In this document: piece by piece, positions 29,844 through 44,969 of the stretch | Numbering within the stretch: position 1 is the stretch's first letter | Layout: every line of letters starts with the position of its first letter | Source: Flaccisagitta enflata | Lineage: Eukaryota | Direction: 5' to 3' | DNA length: 64,000 bases | Assembly: GCA_965153355.1 (NCBI GenBank) | Contig: OZ231126.1 | Coordinates: 7,998,001-8,062,000, forward strand | The notes under the pieces: model-generated | The model's input: the letters and a program-made list of their open reading frames with translations, nothing else | The model's database searches: none | What the model was told of the DNA's origin: nothing | Program-made: the position numbers and the translations under genes

Positions 29844-31680
29844 AAAGTAAGCAAGTAAAAAGAAAGTAAGTAAAAAGAAAGTCAGTAAGTAAAAAGAAAG
29901 AAAGTAAAAAGAAAGAAAGTAAAAAGAAAGTAAAAAGAAAGAAAGTAAAAAGAAATAAAGTATAAAGAAAGAAAAAACGACAGGGGGTATTAGTAACATA
30001 GACACAGACGCAAAAAAGAAACCAGCCATAATCAAAGAACAGAGAAGGCAGAGAGACAAGCCATAAGGGGAGAGGGAGGAGAGAGGGGAGGGAAGGAGAG
30101 AGGGGAGGGAAGGAGAACGGGAAGAAGGGCAGGGGAGAGAGGAGGACGGGAAGAAGGGAGGGAGATGAGAAGAAGGGACCGAGACGGAGAGGCAGGGGAG
30201 GGAGACGGAGAGGCAGGGGAGGGGTAGGGCAGGGGCAAGGGAAGGAGCCCGCAAGTCGGTACCTCAAGGCGACGGGCGGGCACACGAGCGGCAGCCCCGG
30301 AGACCACAAACAAAAGCCCCATAAGGAGCCAAAAGGTCCACCTTGGACCTGCCCTTGAAAGCGGCCAAGCTTGGAGACTGCTTCAATTCAGAAGGGAGAG
30401 AGTTCCATATCTGGGGAGCAATACTGATAATGGATCTACCATCTGCTCGGCTGACATAGAAGTTACCCCTTGCTCCCCTGGTCAAATGACCATGATCTAC
30501 AAACTTAACAAAATCAGCCATCCCACCCGGTAGCAAACCTCTGGACATTTTGTAGCAGAATATCCTCACACTCTGGGTGAAAAGGTCATCCACTTTGAGT
30601 GTTTCCAGGTCAGCAAAAATAGGGTCCGCATGGGAAATACGATGTGAGCCACTGATTATTCTTACCAAACATTTCTGAAGGGTCAATAAACGATCCCTTA
30701 ACCCAAGGTTACGATCACCCTTAAAATTACCCCAGTTAATCAAACAGTACTGAAGATGGGGAAGGACCATTGTGTTATACAAAAGCAAAAGTTGGGGCCC
30801 ACTCATAAACCTCCTGGCCCGTCCTAAAATTCCTACCGTCTGACTTATCTTAGTTATAATCTTACCAATATGAATCCGCCAGGAGATATTCCTATCAATA
30901 TAAACCCCTAAGAACTTACTATTATCAACTTCTCTTATCGGCATACCATCAATCTCCAAGTCCCAACCCTTATCATTTTGTCCATTTGTTGGTTTGCTGA
31001 AGTTAACAAATTCGGTCTTACCATAGTTTAAGGTTAATTTATTGTGAGCAAACCAACCCGATAATTTCCCCAGCTCTGAATTAACCTCCCTTATCAAATC
31101 CCCCCTGTCCTTACCAGAAGCAAAAAGGTTAGTGTCATCTGCAAACAGGATACACCTGAAGAATGATGATGCGGCCGATAAGTCATTGATATAAAGGAGA
31201 AAGAAAAGAGGACCCAGGATGCTTCCTTGGGGAACTCCAACTGAGAGCACCTGGTGGAGTGACTCAGATTCCCCATATGCCACATACTGTTTCCTGTTTG
31301 TTAGATAGCTCCTAATAAGTTCTAGGGGCAGTCCCCTGACGCCTAAATGTTCCAACTTATCAATAAGGATAGAATGGTCCACGGTGTCAAACGCCTTTCT
31401 GAAATCTATAAATACCCCTAGGCAGTGTCTTCCGCTCTCCCATGCTTGCCTGATATTCTCTACCATGTCCATGATAGCCATGAAGGTGGAATGACCGCGC
31501 CGAAAACCATACTGACTGGCTAGGATGGAACCCCGTCTCCCAAGGAATCCAAGCAGCCTTGTTTGGATGACCCTTTCAAAAACCTTCGACAGGGCAGACA
31601 GCACCGAGATAGGCCGATAGTTTCCCAACTGGGTTGGGTCCCCATCTTTGAAAACGGGCGTCACCCTCGCCACCTTTAAT
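29620..31680 (-). mobile_element. 5'-truncated non-LTR retrotransposon (CR1/L2 group, Crack-like), ORF2 RT and C-terminus at 30264-31680
   Basis: NYRPISVL, QYGFR, DFRKAFDTVDH, GVPQGSILGPLFF, FADDT, KFLGVYID, LQKCLVRII..H..PIF. No endonuclease domain. The low-complexity 3' UTR end is approximate. Confidence 0.9.
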
Positions 31681-31939
31681 TTAATTAATTCCAGGATGAA
31701 GTGGATAGAAATTCGGATGATAAGAATGGATGGAGCGAAGGATAGAGAGAGTGCAGAAGACTACGAACCTTTGACAGAAATATTCAGTAGTTAAATATGG
31801 AAACGCAAATGCTGATAAAATGCCGATAACGTAAACAAGAATATCGTGTTGCGAATCAAGGTTTATTTTTCTACCATGGAAGGAAATGAAACGGATCCCC
31901 GAAAGATCTGACTAGCTAACTAAAGCATCCGGATGTACC

Positions 31940-32420
31940 AGTGTCCGGAAACCGGTATTTGAGCCGGTCCCGGACCTACAGTGACGTAGAAATGACGTAA
32001 TCAATGACAAAGTGACGAAATTTCATGGAATTGGTAAGACGAATGAGATTCCAGAAACCCACACCAGAGGGAAAACCGTCGATGCTCACTTCAAAATCAT
32101 CAACAAAAGATGCTAACTTACCTTCCTAACCATGGAACCATTACTGCATTACAATTACCAGCACGCAGCAGAGCGGCGATTAAAGACATGGGTGAGGTGA
32201 GACATGGGTGAGGATCTTTATTTCGAGTTGAGGAACGGGCAGAATACAAATCCCAATAGAAGAAAGACGACCCTCAAAACAGGTTGTGTCAATTTCATGC
32301 ACCCTCTCAAAGGAAGTCATGAACCAGTCAGAGATCAAAAGAGCAAGACTTTGCCTTACCTGGTTTCCCCACGAGAGGGAAAGTTTCCCTGGAGAACTTC
32401 CTTTTCCTCAGGTAGGCCCC
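31940..32420. promoter_or_regulatory. Candidate divergent promoter / 5' UTR exons of HMGCR (-) and the orphan gene (+)
   Basis: Unique sequence between head-to-head genes; minus-strand donors AAG|gtaagt (~32121) and CAG|gtaagg (~32359); plus-strand donors at ~32034 and ~32412; SRE-like CTCACCTCAC (-) at 32192-32201; CCAAT at ~32253. Confidence 0.35.
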
Positions 32421-32635
32421 AAAGCGAAGCAAAGCTAGGCAGGAATCCTCCATAACCGAAAATCATGGAAAACTTCGTTCATTTTCAACAACGTCGAAGG
32501 GCGCATGGGAGAGCATCGTGTTTTGGTCGGATACATCCGCCACATGACTGTCTGATGTTAATGATATGATTGAAGAAGCATAGAAATAAATACCTTCTAC
32601 CTGTAGACAAACGCATTTGACATAATTGTGTAATT

Positions 32636-32890
32636 TTTAGTCGCGTGCACGCGACTCTATGACCCACTCTGTCTGTCGGTTGGTCCGTCAGTTTGTTGTA
32701 GACGCTTAGCTTTTTTTCATCGTTTGACATTGTGTCCCATCATTGGGTCCCGACATTGTGTTCCAACAGTCCCAACGGTCATTCGTGTCCCAACAGTCAT
32801 TTGTGTCCCGATAGTCATTTATATTAATTCAGTTGACTGAAAAAAGATTGTATCGAGTCTGGCACGCGACTTATAGGTGTTGGCCTTGTT
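32636..32890 (+). mobile_element. HINE-like element (same family as 5908-6238)
   Basis: tttttagtcgcgtgcacgcgact ... gcacgcgacttataggtgttggccttgtt. Confidence 0.65.
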
Positions 32891-33141
32891 TAAATTCACG
32901 ATGAAAAAAACTGATCTGGGAGGAAGATGCAATGGTTGAGACCCGGCCCCGTCCTATGAATATGCAGTGAAAGACAGTGTGCTGTTTGTGTCCACAACGA
33001 TGATAAAAAAAGAGATTTTGCGAGAAAAAAAACTGAGTTTCTTTTTATCCTCTTATTTTTTTCGACTTCAAAGCAACCTAGTCATAAACCTTCCAATTTT
33101 ATGTTCACAGTGTCGCAATGGTTTGAACCATTTAATGGGTA

Positions 33142-36100
33142 ATGATGATGGCGGCGTCCTCGGCGGCGGCGGCGGCGTCATCTTCAACATCACGAGAGTC
33201 CCCAAATCACCAACCCTCCGTCAACATAGTCAATCCAACTTATTGCCAAAACAAGAGACTCTCGCCTTCTGACTCCACCGTAACGCGCTCCCAACAACAA
33301 TATCGGAGGAGCTCGACCATCATCTTGGCACCGAAGCCTTGGTCCCCGAACAAAGATGACGATCTTTCCAGGGCAGGAGGAGGAGGAGGAGGAGGAGGAG
33401 GAGGAACGCGTTTTCTGTCGGGCAAGGAGATCTTTCAGGCGATCGTTAATAAAAGCGAAACTGATACTGACTTTGGAGACGATGTCTCTTTACCACGCAC
33501 TGCCGCTCTGAAAAACGACACCGGTCCCCACGATTACGCAAATGGTGCCATTTACGCTTCGACGAACAACTTTCGTGGAAATGGAACGCGTACCGGAAGT
33601 AGACTGATGGCTGAAGACGTCGTCGCAGGCGTTGCATATCGTCACGACGAAAACGCAGATTTACCAAATCGGTTTATCCCCGAGAGGGAACCACCTGAGG
33701 TTTGTCGTTCATTATTTTACCATGGTGAAATGGTCACTAAACTGGCACAGTGGCATATATTCGTGACCATATTCTTGCACAAATTACACGCAAACACGTT
33801 TAAAATCTTTTCCTGTTTACAGATTTGCCACAATTGGAACCTTCAGCGAGACATTAACGCAATTACGACCAAAGACGATATCATTGACGATTTGAGGTCG
33901 CGGGATGAGACACATATCATGACAGGCGACCAAGAAGATATCGAGGGAATGAATTTGCGGACAGATGGACCAAACGCTGACGTGTGTAGAAAGTCGCTCA
34001 TCGACGGGCCATTTGATGCGCGTAGACGATCCCTAGTTGAAGGGCCAATCGACGTTCGTAGACGATCCCTAGTTGACAGTGTAATTAATGACGATCGGAG
34101 ACGGTCGCTCGTTGACGATCCCCCACAGTCGGATTTTGGCGCCGAAGATTCACCAGATCGGCGTGGCAGAGGCAGGTCGACAAGCCGAACTTCGGATACG
34201 TACAAAAGGCGTCATCGATCTGTACCATCGAGGAACAAAGCGGAAGAGGATTCATCGGCGATCTCGACAACCTCGACGCCGCGACGTCGGCGAGAATCCA
34301 TGGCGGAAATGAAGCGGAAGCAACTCGACTGCCATCAAAAGTTGCTGCAATGGAAGCAACAAATGCTCATCGCCGAGGACTTGCGGCGGGAGCGACTCAT
34401 GCAACGCGCGTGGCATTTGCTGAGCCTCGAAGATCGGCATCAACGGTTTGAAGAGGATCGCTTCGTTGTCGACGAAGAAGCAATCGAACGCAGTTACTAC
34501 GAGCGAAGCGCCGATAACCGAGGAACCTACGGTAGTGGGCATACCTCTGACGGTGCTTTAAAGATGAGCGACAACAAACCCGATGCCGTGGGGCATACGG
34601 AAAGCGAGGAAAAAAACAAAAACCTAGCAAAACGACAGGAAACCAAAGAAGAAAGAAAGGAATATCGTTTCATAACGAAATCTGGACAAGTGAAGACGAC
34701 GCGACGGCATCGCCGACTGGCGACGCACCCGCGTCGAGGAGAAACCGTCATCCAAGTGGCGCCGAGAAAAAACAAAAGCCAAGACGCGAACAAAAGAACA
34801 ATAGAGAAAGAAACTATGGAAAGAAATGCTCCAGATGATGGATCGAAAGACAAAGGAACGCCAATTAACAAGCCTATGAAAGGCGAAACGAAATCGCCGG
34901 CCGTTCAGCGAAAAAGCCAGGCGCGTTGTTTCCTCACGTCGCCTACGATGGCGCCTGCCTCCATCGAGAACAAGTCCCACCCACTAGCTTCTTTGATCAG
35001 CTCTCAAAACGCCACACATCGTAACGGCGAACGCGAATTCGGGCAACGAAGATCGATCGACGATTCGCAGCTGCTTCATGCCCAATACTGCAGCAGCGGC
35101 GGCAGTGGTCAAAGCAGCAGCGTCAGCGGCGGAAGAGGCAGCGGCGGCAGCAGCGGTCAAATCAGCAGCGCCAGCGGCGGACGGGGCAGCGGCGGGAGCA
35201 GCACGATCCGTTCACCGCTGCCATCCTCGCCGGAAGTAGATTTCGAGCGGGAAATTGACGAATTGGAATCTCTTCTCGGCTGGCCGAAGAATGGAGAAGT
35301 GATGACGCCCGCAGATTGGATGCGGGAAGCGTCAAACGCCGAGTCGACGGACGACTCCGCCGGCGCGAGAAGACGACGCTCGATGACGTCACCGACATCC
35401 TCGTCGACGACGAATTCGATGGAGGAAAGAAGCAACAGGCGTTCGATGGCCGCGCTGGTCGGCCGACATGTGGAAGATGGCGTCATCGATGACGAAACAG
35501 CGAGAAGAGAAAGAAGTCGTGTCTTGAACGTGGCTCAAATAATCGCGAGAGAAGCCCAACAAGAAAGAAATGAACGTAGAAGAGAGTTCGCCGCCAGACA
35601 TGCGAATGACAATCAACAGTTTCACCAACAACTTCAGGAACATCATTTTCAGAAGCAACAATATCAGGATCAGCTTGTCCAAAAGCAAAAAAAATATAAG
35701 GATCAACATTGTCAGAATCATCCCAGTCAACGATCTTTACATATTCACCATCAGCGACAATATCAGAATCCATATCATCAAAATCATCATTCTCAGGATG
35801 AACATCATCAAAATCAATATTATCTCGTTAGGCAATCGTATCAGGAACGAGATCATCAAAATAATCATCAACCCAATCAACAATATCCAGATCAACATAA
35901 AAAATGTGATCCATATTCTCAGGACCGGCTACAGAATCCTTATCAGTATCACTTCCTTTCGCAACAAAATCGCGATGGTTTTCTTAACGTGACGCCACAA
36001 AAGAACAATTCTCACCAAATGAATCATAGAGAAAATATCTACCGCGATGCAAATCATCAACAATCTACCTGGAATCAAATTGACTCGTGTGATGAGAATC

Positions 36101-36192
36101 TTCCATCGATCAATCCTCAGTCTAATAACCTAGAGGCTTATGAAGATCCACATCATGCGCAAAAACACCTCTATTTACAAAAACAACGAAAA

Positions 36193-36236
<44 letters not shown>

Positions 36237-36306
36237 ACAGAGAATAAGGAACCATCAGCGTGGCAGTTTGCCGACCGATTTTCAAGAAGAATCATTCTAT
36301 CTGTAA
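33142..36306 (+). CDS. Uncharacterised, largely disordered ~1,013-1,054 aa protein (S/R-rich, coiled-coil-like segments, Q/H-rich tail); probable in-frame intron 33700-33822
   Basis: 3.1-kb non-repetitive ORF; upstream acceptor ttcacag at 33110; GAG|gtttgt...tttcctgtttacag brackets a compositionally distinct 123-nt segment. Family not recognised. Confidence 0.75.
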
Positions 36307-36523
36307 ATGAGTCCTCCACTGCAGCTGCACTGCCTTTTGACTCGCCTCCAGTCATAGGCACTAGAGCTTTGGACTTCACTTTTGTATTGGCCTCATTTAG
36401 TTTTGGTCTTTTTTTTTTTGGCTAAAGCTTTTTTTGGGGTGCCTTGACCATCCATGATCGCATAATCTGACAGCTTCGACCTTTCCACGGCTTCATTCTT
36501 TCTTTTAAGTTGGACTTAGGATA

Positions 36524-36920
36524 CAGAGAAAAGGTTAATATAACGTGTGAACCCCCTGAAAACTCTAGCGCCCCCACTTACAGCTCTAACCGATTAAATC
36601 AAAGACACTTTAAAGGTAGAGGTGGAATGTTTATATCAATCCAAGTGGCGTCACCAGAGCGTTTTTTTATTTTTTTTAAGTCAAGATATGGCTTAATAAA
36701 GCACTAAAATTAACTATTATCAAAAGTACACAAAATCAAGAATTTTATATTATGATCTGAGACTGTAATGGAAATTGCAAAATCGCTCTAATGGTGCCCC
36801 TTGTACAGTAACAAACTTTAATTAGCAACATCCAATTCATTATTTATCACTGTAATTTGATCTGTAAGGGGGGTGCTACAGTTTTAGGGGGGTTCACATC
36901 TTATATTTCTCCTTCCTCTG
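36524..36920. mobile_element. MITE related to 13473-13880
   Basis: cagagaaaaggttaatataacgtgtgaaccccc / gggggttcacatcttatatttctccttcctctg with TA flanks. Confidence 0.7.
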
Positions 36921-37471
36921 TATTGGACGTAATGCTATGCTTCTGGGCAAATGGAGAGCTGTCGAGAGGCCTTGGGATGCCCATTATACTCCTCGCGCTT
37001 GTCACAGTTTCTTTTATTTTCACTAATTGAACAATCTGTCCTTTACACCACAATTCTAGTCCAGCACTGCACCAAATTTATTTCCTTCTCGATCCATTTA
37101 TTTTTCCTCTGTCTTTTTATATTCTACATAAATTTTACACTCTGTCCACCTATCTGCCCAAGTGTTTGTCACTTGCGCACTAAAATCGAACTTTCTTATG
37201 GTTCTCAACTTCTCACCAGAGAGTTTTCTCTCCATCTTATTCCAACGTTTACTATGAATATTCTCACCAACATAAAATAGAACCTTCGTCAGTCAGTGAT
37301 ATAAATCAATCGATGCTCATTTTTATAAAGAATCGTATTATAAGTAATTGTCAAGATGGCCGCTGCGTGAATTTTTTTTTGTTCTGCAAAGAAATCTAAA
37401 AAAAACGGGAGGCAAATAAATAAAAAACAACAAAACAATCAATATCGATGACACGTGTATTCTCTCTTTCA

Positions 37472-39166
<1,695 letters not shown>

Positions 39167-39534
39167 TCAGCGTGTATTGATCATGTGACATATGTATGGA
39201 GAGACAGATCGACGAACAGACGAGTGAAAACACTCTTAAAACATGTTGTTTGATCACTTGTTTCAGTGTAGGATCTCACCTTGGCCAAAAAAAGCCAAGA
39301 AATGCGGTTTTTGCACAGGCGTAACGGACCGACGGACGGACGGACAGACCGACGGACAGACCCTCTTATAGAGATGCGTTCCTGACGGACGCATCTAAAA
39401 AGTATTGAAAATATAAATACAACCAATCCAAGCAATGTACATCAACAATTTATGTTCGTTTCATCAACATAATGCGAATAATGCCCTAAAAAATCTGAAC
39501 AACAATATAGGTTTGCGACTCTCGACGGTCTCAT

Positions 39535-42500
39535 TTTTTCCAAGTTTTTGGAAGAATCGTCAGTTCTTCCAAATTTTTTTGGAAGAATCGTCATTTCTTC
39601 CAAATTTTTTTGGAAGAATCGTCATTTCTTCCAAATTTTTTTGGAAGAATCGTCATTTCTTCCAAATTTTTTGGAAGAATCGTCTTCAGTTCTTCCAAAT
39701 TTTTTGGAAGAATCGTCATTTCTTCCAAAATTTTTGGAAGAATCGTCATTTCTTCCAAAATTTTTGGAAGAATCGTCGTTTCTTCCAAAATTTTTGGAAG
39801 AATCGTCGTTTCTTCCAAATTTTTTGGAAGAATCGTCTTCAGTTCTTCCAAAATTTTTGGAAGAATCGTCATTTCTTCCAAAATTTTTGGAAGAATCGTC
39901 ATTTCTTCCAAATTTTTTGGAAGAATCGTCATTTCTTCCAAATTTTTTGGAAGAATCGTCATTTCTTCCAAATATTTTGGAAGAATCGTCTTCATTTCTT
40001 CCAAATTTTTTGGAAGAATCATCTTCAGTTCTTCCAAATTTTTTGGAAGAATCGTCATTTCTTCTAAAATTTTTGGAAGAATCGTCATTTCTTCCAAAAT
40101 TTTTGGAAGAATCGTCTTCATTTCTTCCAAATATTTTGGAAGAATCGTCTTCAGTTCTTCCAAATTTTTTGGAAGAATCGTCTTCAGTTCTTCCAAATTT
40201 TTTGGAAGAATCGTCATTTCTTCCAAATTTTTTGGAAGAATCGTCTTCAGTTCTTCCAAATTTTTTGGAAGAATCGTCTTCAGTTCTTCCAAATTTTTTG
40301 GAAGAATCGTCTTCAGTTCTTCCAAATTTTTTGGAAGAATCGTCTTCAGTTCTTCCAAATTTTTTGGAAGAATCGTCTTCAGTTCTTCCAAATTTTTTGG
40401 AAGAATTGTCTTCAGTTCTTCCAAATTTTTTGGAAGAATTGTCATTTCTTCCAAATTTTTTGGAAGAATCGTCATTTCTTCCAAATTTTTTGGAAGAATT
40501 GTCTTCAGTTCTTCCAAATTTTTTGGAAGAATTGTCATTTCTTCCAAATTTTTTGGAAGAATCGTCTTCAGTTCTTCCAAATTTTTTGGAAGAATCGTCA
40601 TTTCTTCCAAATTTTTTGGAAGAATCGTCATTTCTTCCAAATTTTTTGGAAGAATCGTCATTTCTTCCAAATTTTTTGGAAGAATCATCATTTCTTCCAA
40701 ATTTTTTGGAAGAATCGTCTTCAGTTCTTCCAATTTTTTTGGAAGAATCTTTAGTTCTTCCAATTTTTTTTGGAAGAATCGTCATTTCCTCCAAATTTTT
40801 TGGAAGAATCGTCATTTCTTCCAAATTTTTTGGAAGAATTGTCTTCAGTTCTTCCAAATTTTTTGGAAGAATTGTCATTTTTTCCAAATTTTTTGGAAGA
40901 ATCGTCATTTCTTCCAAATTTTTTGGAGGAATCTTGTCATTTCTTCCAAATATTTTGGAAGAACTGTCATTTCTTCCAAATATTTTGGAAGAATCGTCAT
41001 TTCTTCCAAATATTTTGGAAGAAATTTCCTATAAATGCACTTATCTCTGTCAATTCTTCCAAATTGGAAGAATCTGCTTCAGTTTGGAAGAAATTTCCTA
41101 TAAATGCACTTATCTCTGTCAATTCTTCCAAATTGGAAGAATCTGCTTCAGTTTGGAAGAAATTTCTTATGAATGACTTTTCTCTGTCTTTTCTGCCATA
41201 TATTTTGGAAGAATTTTGTCATTTCTTCCAAATATTTTTAAAGAATCGTCATTTCTTGCAAATATTTTGGAAGAATTGTCATCTCTTCCAAATATTTTGG
41301 AAGAAATTTCCTATAAATGCACTTACCTCTGTCAATTCTTCCAAATTGGAAGAATCTGCTTCAGTTTGGAAGAAATTTCTTATGAATGATTTTTCTCTGT
41401 CCATTCTTCTGAATCTTTGGAAGAATCTGCCTATATCTGCCTTTTCTTCCAAATATTTTGGAAGAATCTTGTCATTTCTTCTAAATATTTTCGAAGAATC
41501 GTCATTTCTTCCAAATATTTTGGAAGAATTGTCATTTCTTCCAAATATTTTGGAAGAAATTTCCTATAAATGCACTTATCTCTGTCAATTCTTCCAAATT
41601 GGAAGAATCTGCTTCAGTTTGGAAGAAATTTCTTATAAATGCACTTATTTCTGTCAATTCTTCCAAATTGGAAGAATCTGCTTCAATTTGGAAGAAATTT
41701 CCTATAAATGCACTTATCTCTGTCAATTCTTCCAAATTGAAAGAATCTGCTTCAGTTTGGAAGAAATTTCTTATGAATGACTTTTCTCTGTCTTTTCTGC
41801 CATATATTTTGGAAGAATTTTGTCATTTCTTCCAAATATTTTTAAAGAATCGTCATTTCTTGCAAATATTTTGGAAGAATTGTCATCTCTTCCAAATATT
41901 TTGGAAGAAATTTCCTATAAATGCACTTACCTCTGTCAATTCTTCCAAATTGGAAGAATCTGCTTCAGTTTGGAAGAAATTTCTTATGAATGATTTTTCT
42001 CTGTCCATTCTTCTGAATCTTTGGAAGAATCTGCCTATATCTGCCTTTTCTTCCAAATATTTTGGAAGAATCTTGTCATTTCTTCTAAATATTTTCGAAG
42101 AATCGTCATTTCTTCCAAATATTTTGGAAGAATTGTCATTTCTTCCAAATATTTTGGAAGAAATTTCCTATAAATGCACTTATCTCTGTCAATTCTTCCA
42201 AATTGGAAGAATCTGCTTCAGTTTGGAAGAAATTTCTTATAAATGCACTTATTTCTGTCAATTCTTCCAAATTGGAAGAATCTGCTTCAATTTGGAAGAA
42301 ATTTCCTATAAATGCACTTATCTCTGTCAATTCTTCCAAATTAGAAGTAAAAGGCTGCTGCTGCTGCTGCTGTTATTTTTTTCACACATTATAAAAGTTC
42401 TATAAAAAAGTACTATAAAGAGTATATATTAGGGAAGGTTGGGGCTAAAAGGCAGGGGTTTAAACAGGGGATTTAGACCGCAGCAGCAGCCACAGCAGAG

Positions 42501-44950
42501 CTGCATTTGAATCTTCCAAATATTTTGGAAGAATCTTGTCATTTCTTCCAAATATTTTGGAAGAATCTTGTCATTTCTTCTAAATATTTTCGAAGAATCG
42601 TCATTTCTTCCAAACATTTTGGAAGAATTGTCATTTCTTCCAAATATTTTGGAAGAAATTTCCTATAAATGCACTTATCTCTGTCAATTCTTCCTAGTTG
42701 GAAGAATCTGCTTCAGTTTGGAAGAAATTTCTTATGAATGACTTTTCTCTGTCCATTCTTCCAAATATTTCGGAAGAATCTTGTCATTCTAAATATTTTC
42801 GAAGAATCGTCATTTCTTCCAAATATTTTGGAAGAATTGTCATTTCTTCCAAATATTTTGGAAGAAATTTCCTATAAATGCATTTATCTCTGTCAATTCT
42901 TCCAAATTGGAAGAATCTGCTTCAGTTTGGAAGATATTTCCTATAAATGCACTTATCTCTGTCAATTCTTCCAAATAGGAAGAAACTGCTTCAGTTCAGA
43001 AGAAATTTCCTATAAATGCACTTATCTCTGTCAATTCTTCCAAATTGGAAGAATCTGCTTCAGTTTGGAAGAAATTTCCTATAAATGCACTTATCTCTGT
43101 GAGTTCTTCCAAATTGGAGGAATCTGCTTTAATTTGGAAGAAATTTCCTATAAATGCACTTATCTCTTTCAATTCTTCCAAATTAGAAGTAAAAGGCTGC
43201 TGCTGCTGCTGCTGTTATTTTTTTCACACATTACAAAAGTTCTATAAAAACGTACTATAAAGAGTATATATTAGGGAAGGTTGGGGCTAAAAGGCAGGGG
43301 TTTAAACAGGGGATTTAGACCGCAGCAGCAGCCACAGCAGAGCTGCATTTGAATCTTCCAAATATTTTGGAAGAATCTTGTCATTTCTTCCAAATATTTT
43401 GGAAGAATCTTGTCATATCTTCTAAATATTTTCGAAGAATCGTCATTTCTTCCAAATATTTTGGAAGAATTGTCATTTCTTTATTTTGGAATCAAATATA
43501 TCTCTGTCAATTAGGAATTTCGGATGGTTATCTCAGTGTTTCTTAAATTGGAAGAATCTGCTTCTCTATTGATTCTTTTTATGAATGATTTTGGAAGTCC
43601 ATTTATTCTAAATGTTTTCGAAGAATCATCATTTCTTCCAAATATTTTGGAAGAATTGTCATTTCTTCCAAATATTTTGGAAGAAATTTCCTATAAATGC
43701 ACTTATCTCTGTCAATTCTTCCAAATTGGAAGAATCTGCTTCAGTTTGGAAGAAATTACCTATAAATGCACTTATCTCTGTCAATTCTTCCAAATTGGAA
43801 GAATCTGCTTCAATTTGGAAGAAATTTCCTATAAATGCACTTATCTCTGTCACTTCTTCCAAATTGGAAGAATTTGCTCCAATTTGGAAGAAATTTCCTA
43901 TCAATGCACTTATCTCTGTCAATTCTTCCAAATTGGAAGAATCTGCTTCAATTTGGAAGAAATTTCCTACAAATGCACTTTTCTCTGTCAATTCTTCCAA
44001 ATTAGAAGTAAAAGGCTGCTGCTGCTGCTGCTGTTATTTTTTTCATACATTATAAAAGTACTATAAAGAGTATATATTAGGGAAGGTTGGGGCTAAAAGG
44101 CAGGGGTTTAAACAGGGGATTTAGACCGCAGCAGCAGCCACAGCAGAGCTGCATTTGAATCTTCCAAATATTTTGGAAGAATCTTGTCATTTCTTCCAAA
44201 TATTTTGGAAGAATCTTGTCATTTCTTCTAAATATTTTCGAAGAATCGTCATTTCTTCCAAATACTTTGGAAGAATTGTCATTTCTTCCAAATATTTTGG
44301 AAGAAATTTCCTATAAATACACTTATCTCTGTCAATTCTTCCAAATTGGAAGAATCTGCTTCAGTTTGGAAGATATTTCCTATAAATGCACTTATCTCTG
44401 TCAATTCTTCCCAATAGGAAGAATCTGCTTCAGTTCAGAAGAAATTTCCTTTAAATGCACTTATCTCTGTCAATTCTTCCAAATTGGAAGAATCTGCTTC
44501 AGTTTGGAAGAAATTTCCTATAAATGCACTTATCCCTGTCAATTCTTCCAAATTGGAAGAATCTGCTTCAATTTGGAAGAAATTTCCTATAAATGCACTT
44601 ATCTCTTTCAATTCTTCCAAATTAGAAGTAAAAGGCTGCTGCTACTGCTGCTGTTATTTTTTCACAAAAGTAAAAGTTCTATAAAAAAGTACTATAAAGA
44701 GTATATATTAGGGAAGGTTGGGGCTAAAAGGCAGGGGTTTAAACAGGGGATTTAGACCGCAGCAGCAGCCACAGCAGAGCTGCATTTGAATCTTCCAAAT
44801 ATTTTGGAAGAATCTTGTCATTTCTTCCAAATATTTTGGAAGAACTGTCATTTCTTCCAAATATTTTGGAAGAACTGTCATTTCTTCCAAATATTTTGGA
44901 AGAATCATGTCAATTCTTCCAAATATTTTGGAAGAATCCTGTCAGTACTT
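39535..44950. repeat. Palindromic ~30/33-bp satellite (tcttccaaa ttt tttggaaga atcgtcatt) developing into ~600-850-bp higher-order units
   Basis: Simple array at 39535-41020, then 63-bp subunits and long duplicated blocks. Confidence 0.95.
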
Positions 44951-44969
44951 CCAAGTTCATTGATCAGAC

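Noticed and set aside
39435-44908. Long ORFs on both strands (LEESSFLPNF and similar)
   Set aside because: Products of a 30/33-bp palindromic satellite.
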